Below, in pieces: positions 28,506 to 37,430 of a DNA stretch of 64,000 nucleotides. Location: assembly GCA_002688435.1 (NCBI GenBank), contig NZCW01000043.1, positions 23,730-87,729 of the forward strand. Direction: 5' to 3'. Position 1 is the stretch's first letter. The number at the start of each line of letters is the position of its first letter. Source of the stretch: Dehalococcoidales bacterium (GTDB lineage: Bacteria; Chloroflexota; Dehalococcoidia; Dehalococcoidales; RBG-16-60-22). The position numbers and the translations under genes are program-made. A model generated the notes under the pieces. It did not search any database. It saw only the letters and a list, made by a program, of their open reading frames with translations, and had not been told where the DNA came from.

Positions 28506-29669
28506 TTAGTTTATCGGTTTCGGTTGGGCTACTGGCTTGGCTGGTATTAACTGTCCTGACTTTACCGTTATGCTGGGGGCGAGCAACGTATCCGTCTCGG
28601 TGACCTGCTGCTCGGCGTCTACCAGTTCCCAGGTGCCGGATCGGAGTTCCAAGACGGAAACGTCGGCGTCCATCCCCGGTTTGAGGTTGCCTTTACTGTT
28701 ATCAATGCGAAGGGCGCGGGCGGGGTTGATGGTGGTCTTTTCTACCAGCTGTTTCATATCTAGTCCCAGCGCCAGGAATCGGGACATGGTTACCGTCAGG
28801 CCGTATACCGGACCGGTGATTGACGGCAGGCCGACATCGGTGCTCAGGGTGGTGGGGAAGATGTCCTGTGCCAAAGCCTTTCGGGCTACCTCGGAGCTGA
28901 AATTACACGCCTCGGCCACATCTAGAATCACCCCTCTCTCCATAGCCTCCCGTAGCTCGGGCATGATGGTATCGTCCGGGCGCAGAATGCTGCCCATTTG
29001 GGCGGTATAAACGTGACTTAAGATATCGCCCGGTTCCATCAGTGGGAGAAATTCCTGGGTTAGCGTCGGTGATATCTGCTTCTTGACGTCCCCGATGTGT
29101 ACCATAACGGGTAGGCCGAACTTTTTGGCGGTCTGCTTGGCCATTTTGACCACTTCAACCCCGTCGCTGGTCACGACATTGCCCACCAGGCGTAGTTTGA
29201 TACCCTTGATTAAGTCTAGGTTAGCTTCGATAGTTTCGGCGGTGGCCTCTAGGTTAATCTCTTCTCGGTCCCTCAGCTCGGGCACGACGGTAAGTCCCTG
29301 GGAGCCGAGGTGGAGGAAGCAGAAAACGGTGGTGCGGGCCGAGGGGATGACATATTTAGGTAGTCCGCCGAAGGTGGCCTCGCCGGCACTCCCGGCGTCC
29401 ACCAATGTGGTCACCCCCTGCCTGACGCCGGCGGCGTCAGGATTGACGCCTCCTTTGGTGCCGCCATGGTAAACATGGCAGTGCATATCGATAAGCCCTG
29501 GGGTGACTATCTTGTCGCTGGCATCAATTATCTGCTGGCTCTCCAGCGAAGGAATATCCCTGGCCACGGCCGAGATTTTATCGCCGCTGATGGCGATATC
29601 CCGCTTATCATCTATGTTCTGCGCTGGGTCAATCACCCTTCCGCCTTTAATCAGCAGGTCATACCTCAT
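28506..29669 (-). CDS. Metal-dependent amidohydrolase (dihydroorotase/deacetylase-like)
   Basis: 387 aa. It has GLIDMHCHVY (HxH metal site) and a C-terminal composite-domain pattern. Confidence 0.75.
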   Translation of the reverse strand: MRYDLLIKGGRVIDPAQNIDDKRDIAISGDKISAVARDIPSLESQQIIDASDKIVTPGLIDMHCHVYHGGTKGGVNPDAAGVRQGVTTLVDAGSAGEATFGGLPKYVIPSARTTVFCFLHLGSQGLTVVPELRDREEINLEATAETIEANLDLIKGIKLRLVGNVVTSDGVEVVKMAKQTAKKFGLPVMVHIGDVKKQISPTLTQEFLPLMEPGDILSHVYTAQMGSILRPDDTIMPELREAMERGVILDVAEACNFSSEVARKALAQDIFPTTLSTDVGLPSITGPVYGLTVTMSRFLALGLDMKQLVEKTTINPARALRIDNSKGNLKPGMDADVSVLELRSGTWELVDAEQQVTETDTLLAPSITVKSGQLIPAKPVAQPKPIN

Positions 29670-29727
29670 AAAGTCCCCTTTTTAAAGTTGTCTATGTCAA
29701 ACCTCTGAGGCAAACGGTAGTTCCGCT

Positions 29728-30741
29728 TCAGTCTTCTCTGACTAGGCTAACCTTCGACTTGACCGTTTTATTGACCACGTTCTTGGGCCACCGCCCGGTG
29801 AGCACCCGGGCGGCCTCCTGCCCCACACAGGTCTTCAGTCGTCTCAAAGACGCTACGTTATGACTGGCGCAATGGGGACTGACCAGGACGTTGTCCATTT
29901 TGAGCAGCGGGTTGTTCGGGTCGGTCGGTTCCTGTTCAAAGACGTCCAGCCCGGCGCCGGCAATCCACTTTTCCTGTAGGGCTTTAATCAGCGCCGGCTC
30001 GTCAACTAGGGCGCCTCGGGCGGTATTGATGAAAAAGGCGGTTGGTTTCATCTGCCGGAATTCCTTTTCCCCGATTAAGTGTCGGGTTTCCTGGTTGAGG
30101 AGAGCGTGCACCGAGACATAGTCCGACTCTTTCAGTAACTCAGGTAGGCTCACCAGGGTTATTCCGTACTTTTTGGCCAAGGATTTATCGAGATAAGGGT
30201 CGTAACCCAGTATCTTTAAGCCAAAACATTGTGCTTTTCGGACGGTCATACGCCCTATCTGGCCGCAGCCGACTAGTCCTAATGTCTGCTCGTAGGGCGC
30301 CATCGTCGTTGCCCGGGAGCGTTGCGCCTCACGCCAGCGGCCTTGCTTCGTTCCCTCATTTAGCGATAACAGGTGGCTGCTTAAGGCGAGAAGCAGGGTA
30401 ATGGCATGGTTGGAGACTTCTTCTAGGCAGAAATCGGGGATATTGACCACTAGGACGTTGTTGTCGGTGGCGGCGGTAACGTCAATGGTGTCATAACCGA
30501 TGCCGTAGCGCACGACTGCCTTCAGATTTGGCAGTGACTCCAAGACATGGCGGGTCATCGGCGCGAAGACCACCAGTATGATTTCGGCATCTTGGGCCGC
30601 GGTGATTATCTCGTCCTCGGTATTACAGATAACGTCCACTACCTCGGCATTTATCCTGGCCAGCTCGGTCACCTCTTCCGCCCTCGAGACCATGTCTCTC
30701 TCTTTCTCCACCCGTAGTACTTTAAATTGCTTTTCGGTCAA
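29728..30741 (-). CDS. D-isomer-specific 2-hydroxyacid dehydrogenase (CtBP/PGDH-like)
   Basis: It has GLVGCGQIGR (GxGxxG) and NTARGALVDE...SPHCAS. The track start (TTG at 30759) lies inside the sequence TTGAGGAGG. That GAGGAGG is better read as the SD for the TTG at 30741 (MTEKQFKVL...). Confidence 0.8.
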   Translation of the reverse strand: MTEKQFKVLRVEKERDMVSRAEEVTELARINAEVVDVICNTEDEIITAAQDAEIILVVFAPMTRHVLESLPNLKAVVRYGIGYDTIDVTAATDNNVLVVNIPDFCLEEVSNHAITLLLALSSHLLSLNEGTKQGRWREAQRSRATTMAPYEQTLGLVGCGQIGRMTVRKAQCFGLKILGYDPYLDKSLAKKYGITLVSLPELLKESDYVSVHALLNQETRHLIGEKEFRQMKPTAFFINTARGALVDEPALIKALQEKWIAGAGLDVFEQEPTDPNNPLLKMDNVLVSPHCASHNVASLRRLKTCVGQEAARVLTGRWPKNVVNKTVKSKVSLVRED

Positions 30742-30964
30742 TTTTAATACCCTCCTCAAAGTTTAATCGTGTTGCTCATTTGACGATTTTGGCTGGGCTT
30801 TCCCATTTCTGGTGGATCCGGCTGGCATAATTTCTGAGAAGCTATCGTATTATAATGTACTCGGTTTGGTCCGCAAAAGTCAAAGCGGCAGCCTTAAAAT
30901 TTGTCCTCTATAGACCGGGGGTAAAGTCTGGAAATCGGAGCGGGTATTGGGTTATAATAGATGA

Positions 30965-32167
30965 TTGGCATATCATTTCGGTAAGGAGATGAGTTTGGAC
31001 GTAGGCGAGTTGAAGGCGGAGGTGGTCGGTGAGGTAGAAAGTCGCCGTCAATCGCTCGATGGGCTGAGTCGGAAGATACACGCTAACCCGGAAACGGGCC
31101 TGAAGGAAAGTAAGGCCATGGCTTGGCTGGCTGATTACCTCAGAGAGAACGGCTTTACCGTCGAAGCGGGTATCTACGGACTGTCCACCGCTTTCCGGGC
31201 GAGCTACGGGCAGGGTGGACCGGTTATCGCCATCCTGGCGGAGTATGATGCTTTACCTAAAATCGGTCATGCCTGCGGGCATAACCTGATTGCCACCAGC
31301 GCTGTTGGCGCGGGGGTGGCGGCCAAACTGGCGGTGGACCGGTGTGGGGGTAGTGTCCTGGTGATGGGTACGCCGGGAGAGGAGATGCAGGGGGGCAAAG
31401 TGCTCATGGCCCGGCATGGCGCCTTTGATGGCGTGGACGTGGCTATGATGGTGCACCCGGGGGTACGGGACACGGCTACCGTCAATGCGCTGGCCCTGCA
31501 TTTCTTCGAAGCGGAGTTTTTCGGGAAGCCAGCGCACGCCGGATCCCGGCCGGAAGAAGGTATTAATGCCCTGGAGGCGATGCTGCAATCGTTTAACGCC
31601 ATCAACTCGCTGCGGCAGCATATCCGGGACAAGGCCCGTATCCATGGTATCATTACCGATGGTGGTGAAGCCGCCAACATTGTCCCGGCCCACAGCGCGG
31701 GGATTTTTATCGTACGCGCCGAGGATGACAGCTATCTGGACGAACTGAAAGAGAGGGTTATCAGCTGTTTCAAAGGTGCCGCCACGGCCAGCGGTGCCCG
31801 CTTGGAGTACAAGTGGTGGAAAGTACGCTACTCGGCTATGCGCAATGATCTAGCTCTGGCGCGGCTCTTCCGGCGGAATATGCAGTCTCTGGGCCGAAAG
31901 GTGGCTCTCTCCGATCCCACAAACCGCTTTGGCAGCAGTGATATGGGCAATGTGAGCCAGCTTGTGCCCAGCATTCATCCTATAGTGGCTATCGCCCCGA
32001 TCAACATATTGGGTCATTCTCCCGAGTTTGCCCAGGCGGCGGTCTCGGAGGCGGGCTCCCGCGGGCTTCTGGACGCGGCCAAAGCAATGGCCATGACGGT
32101 AGTTGACCTGCTCATCCGTCCGGAAATAGTCAGCCGGGTTAAAGAGGAGTTTAAGCGGGGAAAGTAA
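30965..32167 (+). CDS. M20-family metallohydrolase (AbgB / aminoacylase-like amidohydrolase)
   Basis: It has HANPE, GHACGHNL and GTPGEE motifs. The start is ambiguous. The TTG at 30965 lies 6 nt after a TATAAT (30953-30958). The ATG at 30989 abuts AAGGAG with no spacer. Confidence 0.75.
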   Translation: MAYHFGKEMSLDVGELKAEVVGEVESRRQSLDGLSRKIHANPETGLKESKAMAWLADYLRENGFTVEAGIYGLSTAFRASYGQGGPVIAILAEYDALPKIGHACGHNLIATSAVGAGVAAKLAVDRCGGSVLVMGTPGEEMQGGKVLMARHGAFDGVDVAMMVHPGVRDTATVNALALHFFEAEFFGKPAHAGSRPEEGINALEAMLQSFNAINSLRQHIRDKARIHGIITDGGEAANIVPAHSAGIFIVRAEDDSYLDELKERVISCFKGAATASGARLEYKWWKVRYSAMRNDLALARLFRRNMQSLGRKVALSDPTNRFGSSDMGNVSQLVPSIHPIVAIAPINILGHSPEFAQAAVSEAGSRGLLDAAKAMAMTVVDLLIRPEIVSRVKEEFKRGK

Positions 32168-32197
32168 TCTGGGTGGGAATCTTAATCGAGGAAGTAG

Positions 32198-33196
32198 ATG
32201 ATAATTGCCGTAGATGCCGCCGGTGGGGACTACGCTCCCCACGAAGTTGTTAAAGGAGCACTGAAAGCGGTCCAGGAGTACGAGGTAGAAGTTAAGCTGG
32301 TGGGTCGGAAAAACGTGCTCCATGTGCTGCTGGGCCGCCAGCTGCGGAAGTCGGGCCTCACTATCGTGAATGCCAGCCAGGTCATCGGGTCTCACGAGTC
32401 ACCGGTAAAAGCCATCCGCGGTAAGCCGAACTCTTCCATAGTCGTTGGAGTTAACCTAGTAAAGGAAGGTAAAGCTTCATCCTTTATCTCCGCGGGTAAT
32501 ACCGGAGCGGTTCTAGGGGCGGCGCTGTTCGGCCTAGGCAAGGTAGCCGGTATTGAACGCCCGGCCATCGCCTGTATCATGGATATCACGCCGTCCACTC
32601 CGGTCCTCTTGATAGATGCCGGTGCCAATGTTGACTGTCGGCCGAATCATCTGGTCCAGTTTGCTGAGATGGGCGCAGTCTACTGCCAACGTGTTCTCGG
32701 CGTAAAGTCGCCGCGCGTCGGTCTGCTCAGCGTTGGCGAAGAAGAAAACAAAGGTAACCAGCTAGTTCAGGAGACCCACCCGCTCCTGAAAAGTAATAAA
32801 AAATTGAACTTTATCGGTAATGTCGAGGGCCATGATATCTTGAAGGCGACGGCTGATGTCGTGGTTACCGACGGGTTTACCGGCAATATCGTGCTCAAGA
32901 CTATTGAGGGTATGAGTGATACTTTTTTGAGTTCCACGCGGCAGATAGGGCATCTCATCTCCAATGTCTACCATTTTCGGGGGCGTGACCTGCTTCGCGA
33001 CGTGGGGCTTGGTTCTTGGGTTAACCGCATAGACTACCAGGAGCATGGTGGGGCGTGTCTGCTGGGGGTGAACGGTAATATCATCATTGCCCACGGCCGC
33101 AGTCGGGCGAAGACGATTAAAAATGCCATTGGTATCGCCAAGCATATGGCGGAACACAATATATCACAGGTAATTAAGGAGGAAATTCATGAGTAA
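32198..33196 (+). CDS. plsX: Phosphate acyltransferase PlsX
   Basis: 332 aa. The motifs MIIAVDAAGGDYAP, SAGNTGA and VVTDGFTGNI are PlsX signatures. Confidence 0.9.
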   Translation: MIIAVDAAGGDYAPHEVVKGALKAVQEYEVEVKLVGRKNVLHVLLGRQLRKSGLTIVNASQVIGSHESPVKAIRGKPNSSIVVGVNLVKEGKASSFISAGNTGAVLGAALFGLGKVAGIERPAIACIMDITPSTPVLLIDAGANVDCRPNHLVQFAEMGAVYCQRVLGVKSPRVGLLSVGEEENKGNQLVQETHPLLKSNKKLNFIGNVEGHDILKATADVVVTDGFTGNIVLKTIEGMSDTFLSSTRQIGHLISNVYHFRGRDLLRDVGLGSWVNRIDYQEHGGACLLGVNGNIIIAHGRSRAKTIKNAIGIAKHMAEHNISQVIKEEIHE

Positions 33197-33515
33197 GCCA
33201 GTTGAAGTTAATGATGATAACTTTGACCAGATGGTACTGCAGGTCAAGACACCAGTGTTGGTTGACTTCTGGGCGGACTGGTGCGGACCGTGCCGCATGG
33301 TGGCGCCGATAGTGGAGGAACTGGCCGGGGAATATGAAGGTCGGGTAAGCTTCACCAAGTTGGACGTTGCCCAGAACCCTAAGACGGCGAGTAAATATGG
33401 CATCATGAGTATCCCCAGCTTGGTTATATTTAAAGACGGAAACCTGGTTTCCAACCTAGTCGGCTTTCGGCCCAAGGCTGACCTGAAGCGTAGCTTGGAT
33501 GACGTTCTGGGCTAG
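33189..33515 (+). CDS. trxA: Thioredoxin
   Basis: 108 aa with the WCGPC active site. It overlaps the plsX end by 8 nt. Confidence 0.92.
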   Translation: MSKPVEVNDDNFDQMVLQVKTPVLVDFWADWCGPCRMVAPIVEELAGEYEGRVSFTKLDVAQNPKTASKYGIMSIPSLVIFKDGNLVSNLVGFRPKADLKRSLDDVLG

Positions 33516-33561
33516 GCCGGATATTCCGCAGGCAATACCAAGACCACGAGGAGCGTGACCA

Positions 33562-34482
33562 ATGGGCGACCGGGAATATGATGTGATTATTATCGGCGGC
33601 GGTCCGGCAGGCCTGGCGGCCGGGCTTTACGCGGCCCGGGCTAGGCTGCGCAGTTTGCTCTTGGAGAGAGTGGCCGCCGGTGGTTGGATAGTGAACGCCG
33701 AGTTGGTGGAAAACTATCTCGGTTTTCCGCAGGGTATCAGTGGACCGGAACTGGCGGGACTGATGGACGAGCAGGCTAAAAAATACGGCCTGGAGGTGTT
33801 GCTCGCCGAGGTTATCGGCCTGAAACTTGAAGGAAAGCGAAAAGTAATCAAAACTGCCGAGGGAGACTTTACCGCCAGGACGGTGATTATTGCCAGCGGC
33901 TCCGACCGGGTCAAACTGGATGTTCCGGGAGAAGAAGAGTTTACCGGACGAGGGGTGGCTTACTGCGCTATCTGTGATGCCGCTTTCTTTCGGGATGTGC
34001 CGGTGGCGGTGGTGGGTGGCGGCAATGCCGCCATTGGTGACGCCATGTACCTCAGCAAGTTTGCCGCCCGGGTTACGGTGTTACACCGTCGTCAGCAGTT
34101 ACGAGCGACTTCCATTCTGCAGGAAAGAGCCTTCGCCGAACCAAAAATTGAATTCCGGTGGAATACCGTGGTGGCGGTTATTGAGGGTGGGGCTAAAGTG
34201 GAAAGGCTGAGACTACGTAACGTGCGGAATGGCGAAGAGTCCACTCTGGATGTCCCCGGCATCTTTATCGCCCTCGGATCCACCCCCAACACGGGCTATC
34301 TTAAAGACAGCTTACCCCTGGATACTAGAGGTGCCATCATTACCAATGAGAAGATGGAGACGGGAGTTCCGGGCATTTTCGCCGCCGGTGATATACGCGC
34401 CAACTCGATTCGCCAAGTGGTGGCGGCTACCGGTGACGGCGCAACGGCGGCGGTCTATGCCGAGAAATTCATCGCCGAATAA
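33562..34482 (+). CDS. trxB: Thioredoxin-disulfide reductase
   Basis: 306 aa. It has GGGPAGLAAG, the redox-active CAICDA, GGGNAA and GDIR motifs. Confidence 0.9.
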   Translation: MGDREYDVIIIGGGPAGLAAGLYAARARLRSLLLERVAAGGWIVNAELVENYLGFPQGISGPELAGLMDEQAKKYGLEVLLAEVIGLKLEGKRKVIKTAEGDFTARTVIIASGSDRVKLDVPGEEEFTGRGVAYCAICDAAFFRDVPVAVVGGGNAAIGDAMYLSKFAARVTVLHRRQQLRATSILQERAFAEPKIEFRWNTVVAVIEGGAKVERLRLRNVRNGEESTLDVPGIFIALGSTPNTGYLKDSLPLDTRGAIITNEKMETGVPGIFAAGDIRANSIRQVVAATGDGATAAVYAEKFIAE

Positions 34483-34576
34483 GATTTTTCCTGGGGAAAT
34501 TTTCAAGGTGTTGGCTTTCCAGACCCGTAGGTTTTTGTTTTCGGATGAAGTATAATCACTTACAAAGGAGAAAATT

Positions 34577-35275
34577 ATGAGGGTCGTTTTTATTGAGGAC
34601 GTGTCGGATATTGCGGAAACTGGTGAGATTAAAGAAGTGGCTGACGGCTATGCCCGGAACTTTCTCATTCCGAAAAAGCTGGCCATACTGGCGGACGTGC
34701 AGGCGGCGAATATCGTTGAGGCGCGGTTGAAAAAGAAGGCCCATCTTCAGGCCCAGATAGAAATGGAAATGACCGAACTGGCTAGACAGCTGGAAGGGCA
34801 GCAGATTGCTCTGAAAGCTCGGACCGGGAAGGAAGACCGGCTCTACGGCTCGGTTACCAACGCGGATATCGCCGAAGAGCTGTACCGGAGTACCGGCCTG
34901 GCGGTGGATAAAAGGAAAATAGAGCTGGACGAGCCCATCCGTGAAATAGGTAGCTATGAGATAACCATTAGGCTGACCAAAGATATCATTCCTGGGATAA
35001 AGCTTACCGTGACGGAAGAGGCGAAGAAGGGCGAGGATAAGGAGAAAAGGGAAAGCAAGAAGAAGAAAGTGAGCAAGCCTAAAGCGGAGAAGATAGGAGC
35101 GGCGGCAGAAGTAGTGGAGAAAACGGGCTTTCCGGTACCAGCAGGATCGGGGGAGAAAAAGGAAGGCAAGGAGAAGAAGAAAAGTAAGACCAAGAGAGAG
35201 AAGGTAGAGGTGGAGATAAGAGACGGAGAGGAAATAGCGGTCGAAAGGCCGGAAGAGAAAGGAGAGACGGGCTAG
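34577..35275 (+). CDS. rplI: 50S ribosomal protein L9 with a roughly 85-aa Lys/Glu-rich C-terminal extension
   Basis: The N-terminus MRVVFIEDVSDIAETGEIKEVADGYARNFLIPKKLA is canonical L9. The protein is 232 aa, versus about 150 aa for typical L9. The tail is EEAKKGEDKEKRESKKKKVSKPKAEK...KKEGKEKKKSKTKREKVEVE. Confidence 0.9.
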   Translation: MRVVFIEDVSDIAETGEIKEVADGYARNFLIPKKLAILADVQAANIVEARLKKKAHLQAQIEMEMTELARQLEGQQIALKARTGKEDRLYGSVTNADIAEELYRSTGLAVDKRKIELDEPIREIGSYEITIRLTKDIIPGIKLTVTEEAKKGEDKEKRESKKKKVSKPKAEKIGAAAEVVEKTGFPVPAGSGEKKEGKEKKKSKTKREKVEVEIRDGEEIAVERPEEKGETG

Positions 35276-35276
35276 C

Positions 35277-36653
35277 ATGAATGGCGATAAGTTACCGCCG
35301 CATGATCTTGACGCCGAGGAAGCGGTAATCGGCTCGCTGCTGATAGATGGCACGGCCATCTATCGCATCGCCACCTTTCTTCAGCCGCTGGACTTCTATC
35401 ATGAGCAAGCGAAGTGGCTATACCAGGCCTGCCTGTCGCTTTACGAGCGTAATGAAGCCATCAATCAGATAACGGTGGCGCAGGAGTTGGCGCGCCAGGG
35501 CAAGCTGGAGTCATGTGGTGGTGCCGCCTACCTGAGCCACCTGATAGCCGCCTGCCCCACTTCTCTGGATATTGAGCATTACGCCCAGATAGTCTATCGC
35601 CTCTCGGTGATGCGCGGCCTGATTGGTGCCGCCGACCAGATTGCGGCCGTTGGCTACGAATCTGGCTCGGATGTTGACGCTAGTCTCAGCCGGGCGGAAG
35701 ATATTTTATTTCGACTGCGCCACGGGCAGAGCCCGCGGGACTTTACGCATATCCGTCAAGTTCTGGACAAGTATTTTGAAGCCGTGTCTGCCTCCGAAGA
35801 GGAGGGAGCGCCTCAAGAGCCGATACCCTACGTGCTCTCTAATTTTGTCGGTCTGGACGAATTTCTGGGTGGGTTTCAGCGCTCTGACCTGATTATTGTG
35901 GCCGGCCGGCCAAGTATGGGTAAGACCAGCCTGGCGCTCGGCATCGCTCGGAACGTGGCCGTGGAGAAAAAGGCCTGCGTGGCCCTGTTCAGCCTGGAGA
36001 TGGCGCGGGAGTCATTGGTCCTGCGTCTGCTCTCCAGCGAGGCCGGGGTTAATTCCCAGAAGGTCCGTTTCGGGCAGCATAACGAGGATGAGGAGAGACG
36101 TATTATGGAAGCCACCGGCGTCCTCTCAGAATCGGCCGTCTATATTGATGACTCCCCTCAGCTCCGGGTAGCCGAACTAAGGAGTAAGGCCCGCCGTCTT
36201 CACTATGAGCACCCGGTTGACCTTATTATTGTTGACTACCTGCAGCTGATGCAAGGTGAAGGACGAGGGGAAAACCGGGTCCAGGAAATCAGCTATATCT
36301 CCCGTTCCCTCAAGGCACTAGCTCGTGACCTGAATGTGCCGGTGATGGCGGTCTCCCAGCTCAGCCGGGCGGTGGAGTGGCGCGCTTCACACGTACCGCA
36401 GCTTTCCGATCTGCGGGAAAGCGGTAGTATTGAGCAGGATGCTGATGTCGTCTTGCTTATCTACCGGGAAGAGTGGTACCACACCGAAGAGGAATGGCAA
36501 AGTCAGCACCCGGATAAAGAATACCCGCGAGAGGAAGCCGATATTATCATCGCCAAGCACCGTAACGGGCCTACCGGCCGGATAAAGCTACGTTTCCGGC
36601 ATAGCCTGGCCAGATTCTATAACTTTACCAGTGAAGAGCCGAGTTTATTATAA
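35277..36653 (+). CDS. dnaB: Replicative DNA helicase DnaB
   Basis: 458 aa. It has PPHDLDAEEAVIGSLL, Walker A GRPSMGKTS, LRESGSIEQDAD and IIAKHRNGPTG. Confidence 0.93.
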   Translation: MNGDKLPPHDLDAEEAVIGSLLIDGTAIYRIATFLQPLDFYHEQAKWLYQACLSLYERNEAINQITVAQELARQGKLESCGGAAYLSHLIAACPTSLDIEHYAQIVYRLSVMRGLIGAADQIAAVGYESGSDVDASLSRAEDILFRLRHGQSPRDFTHIRQVLDKYFEAVSASEEEGAPQEPIPYVLSNFVGLDEFLGGFQRSDLIIVAGRPSMGKTSLALGIARNVAVEKKACVALFSLEMARESLVLRLLSSEAGVNSQKVRFGQHNEDEERRIMEATGVLSESAVYIDDSPQLRVAELRSKARRLHYEHPVDLIIVDYLQLMQGEGRGENRVQEISYISRSLKALARDLNVPVMAVSQLSRAVEWRASHVPQLSDLRESGSIEQDADVVLLIYREEWYHTEEEWQSQHPDKEYPREEADIIIAKHRNGPTGRIKLRFRHSLARFYNFTSEEPSLL

Positions 36654-36719
36654 AACGTTTAATGACGCTCCAGATTTCGGGTAGTAAAATTGGGTAAAAA
36701 CAGCAAGGACTGAGTTCAC

Positions 36720-37430
36720 ATGGATGAGTTTAAAGGCTTTCCGGCCAGGATGGAGTTTACCTCTGTGCCCAACCTTTTCTTCAGCACGCTGCTACCTCGA
36801 ATAAACGATATGACCGAGTTGAAGGTAACCCTGTACCTGATGGCCGTACTTTACCGCAAGCGAGGCTACCCCCGTTTCGTTACCCTTAGCGAGCTGTTGA
36901 GGAGCGCCAACCTGATGAGCGGACTGGGCCGGGACACCCGGCCGCCGGGCGAAGTGCTGCGTAACGCCTTGGAGATGGCTGTCCGGCGAGGAACGGTCAT
37001 TCATCTGGCACTGGACCGGAGCGGGACATCCGAGGACATCTATTTACTGAATACCGAGTCTAACCGGGAGGTGGTGGCTAGGATTCAGAGCGGTGAGGTC
37101 AGGTTAAGCGGATTGAGGGCCGGGCAACCAGCCCTCGTGGCCGTTGAGGAAAGACCGGACATTTTCACGCTTTATGAGCAAAACATCGGGATGCTGACTC
37201 CGATGATTGCCGAGGAACTCTGTGAGGCGGAGAAACTGTATCCGGAAGCCTGGATTAAAGATGCTGTCAAAGAGGCGGTTTCTCTTAATAAAAGAAACAT
37301 CCGGTATATCGTCCGGATTCTGGAACGCTGGTCAGCGGAAGGTAAAGATGATGGAACACATCGGCGATATTCTAAGACAGACCCAGACAAATACATCAAA
37401 GGTAAATACGGACATATGGTCCGGCGCTGA
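36720..37430 (+). CDS. DnaD-domain replication initiation/primosome protein
   Basis: 236 aa. The C-terminal DnaD/DnaB_2-type domain reads FTLYEQNIGMLTPMIAEEL...AVSLNKRNIRYIVRILERWSAEG. The gene lies directly after dnaB. Confidence 0.7.
   Translation: MDEFKGFPARMEFTSVPNLFFSTLLPRINDMTELKVTLYLMAVLYRKRGYPRFVTLSELLRSANLMSGLGRDTRPPGEVLRNALEMAVRRGTVIHLALDRSGTSEDIYLLNTESNREVVARIQSGEVRLSGLRAGQPALVAVEERPDIFTLYEQNIGMLTPMIAEELCEAEKLYPEAWIKDAVKEAVSLNKRNIRYIVRILERWSAEGKDDGTHRRYSKTDPDKYIKGKYGHMVRR

Noticed and set aside
34556-35359. 267-aa minus-strand ORF opposite rplI
   Set aside because: It is a low-complexity L/F/R-rich translation produced by the purine-rich K/E-coding strand of rplI. The rplI reading is unambiguous.
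37207-37347. Track start (37207) for the DnaC-like ORF
   Set aside because: The first 47 codons lie inside the DnaD-like gene in another frame and translate to Arg/Lys-rich junk. The ATG at 37348 has an SD and begins a plausible N-terminus.
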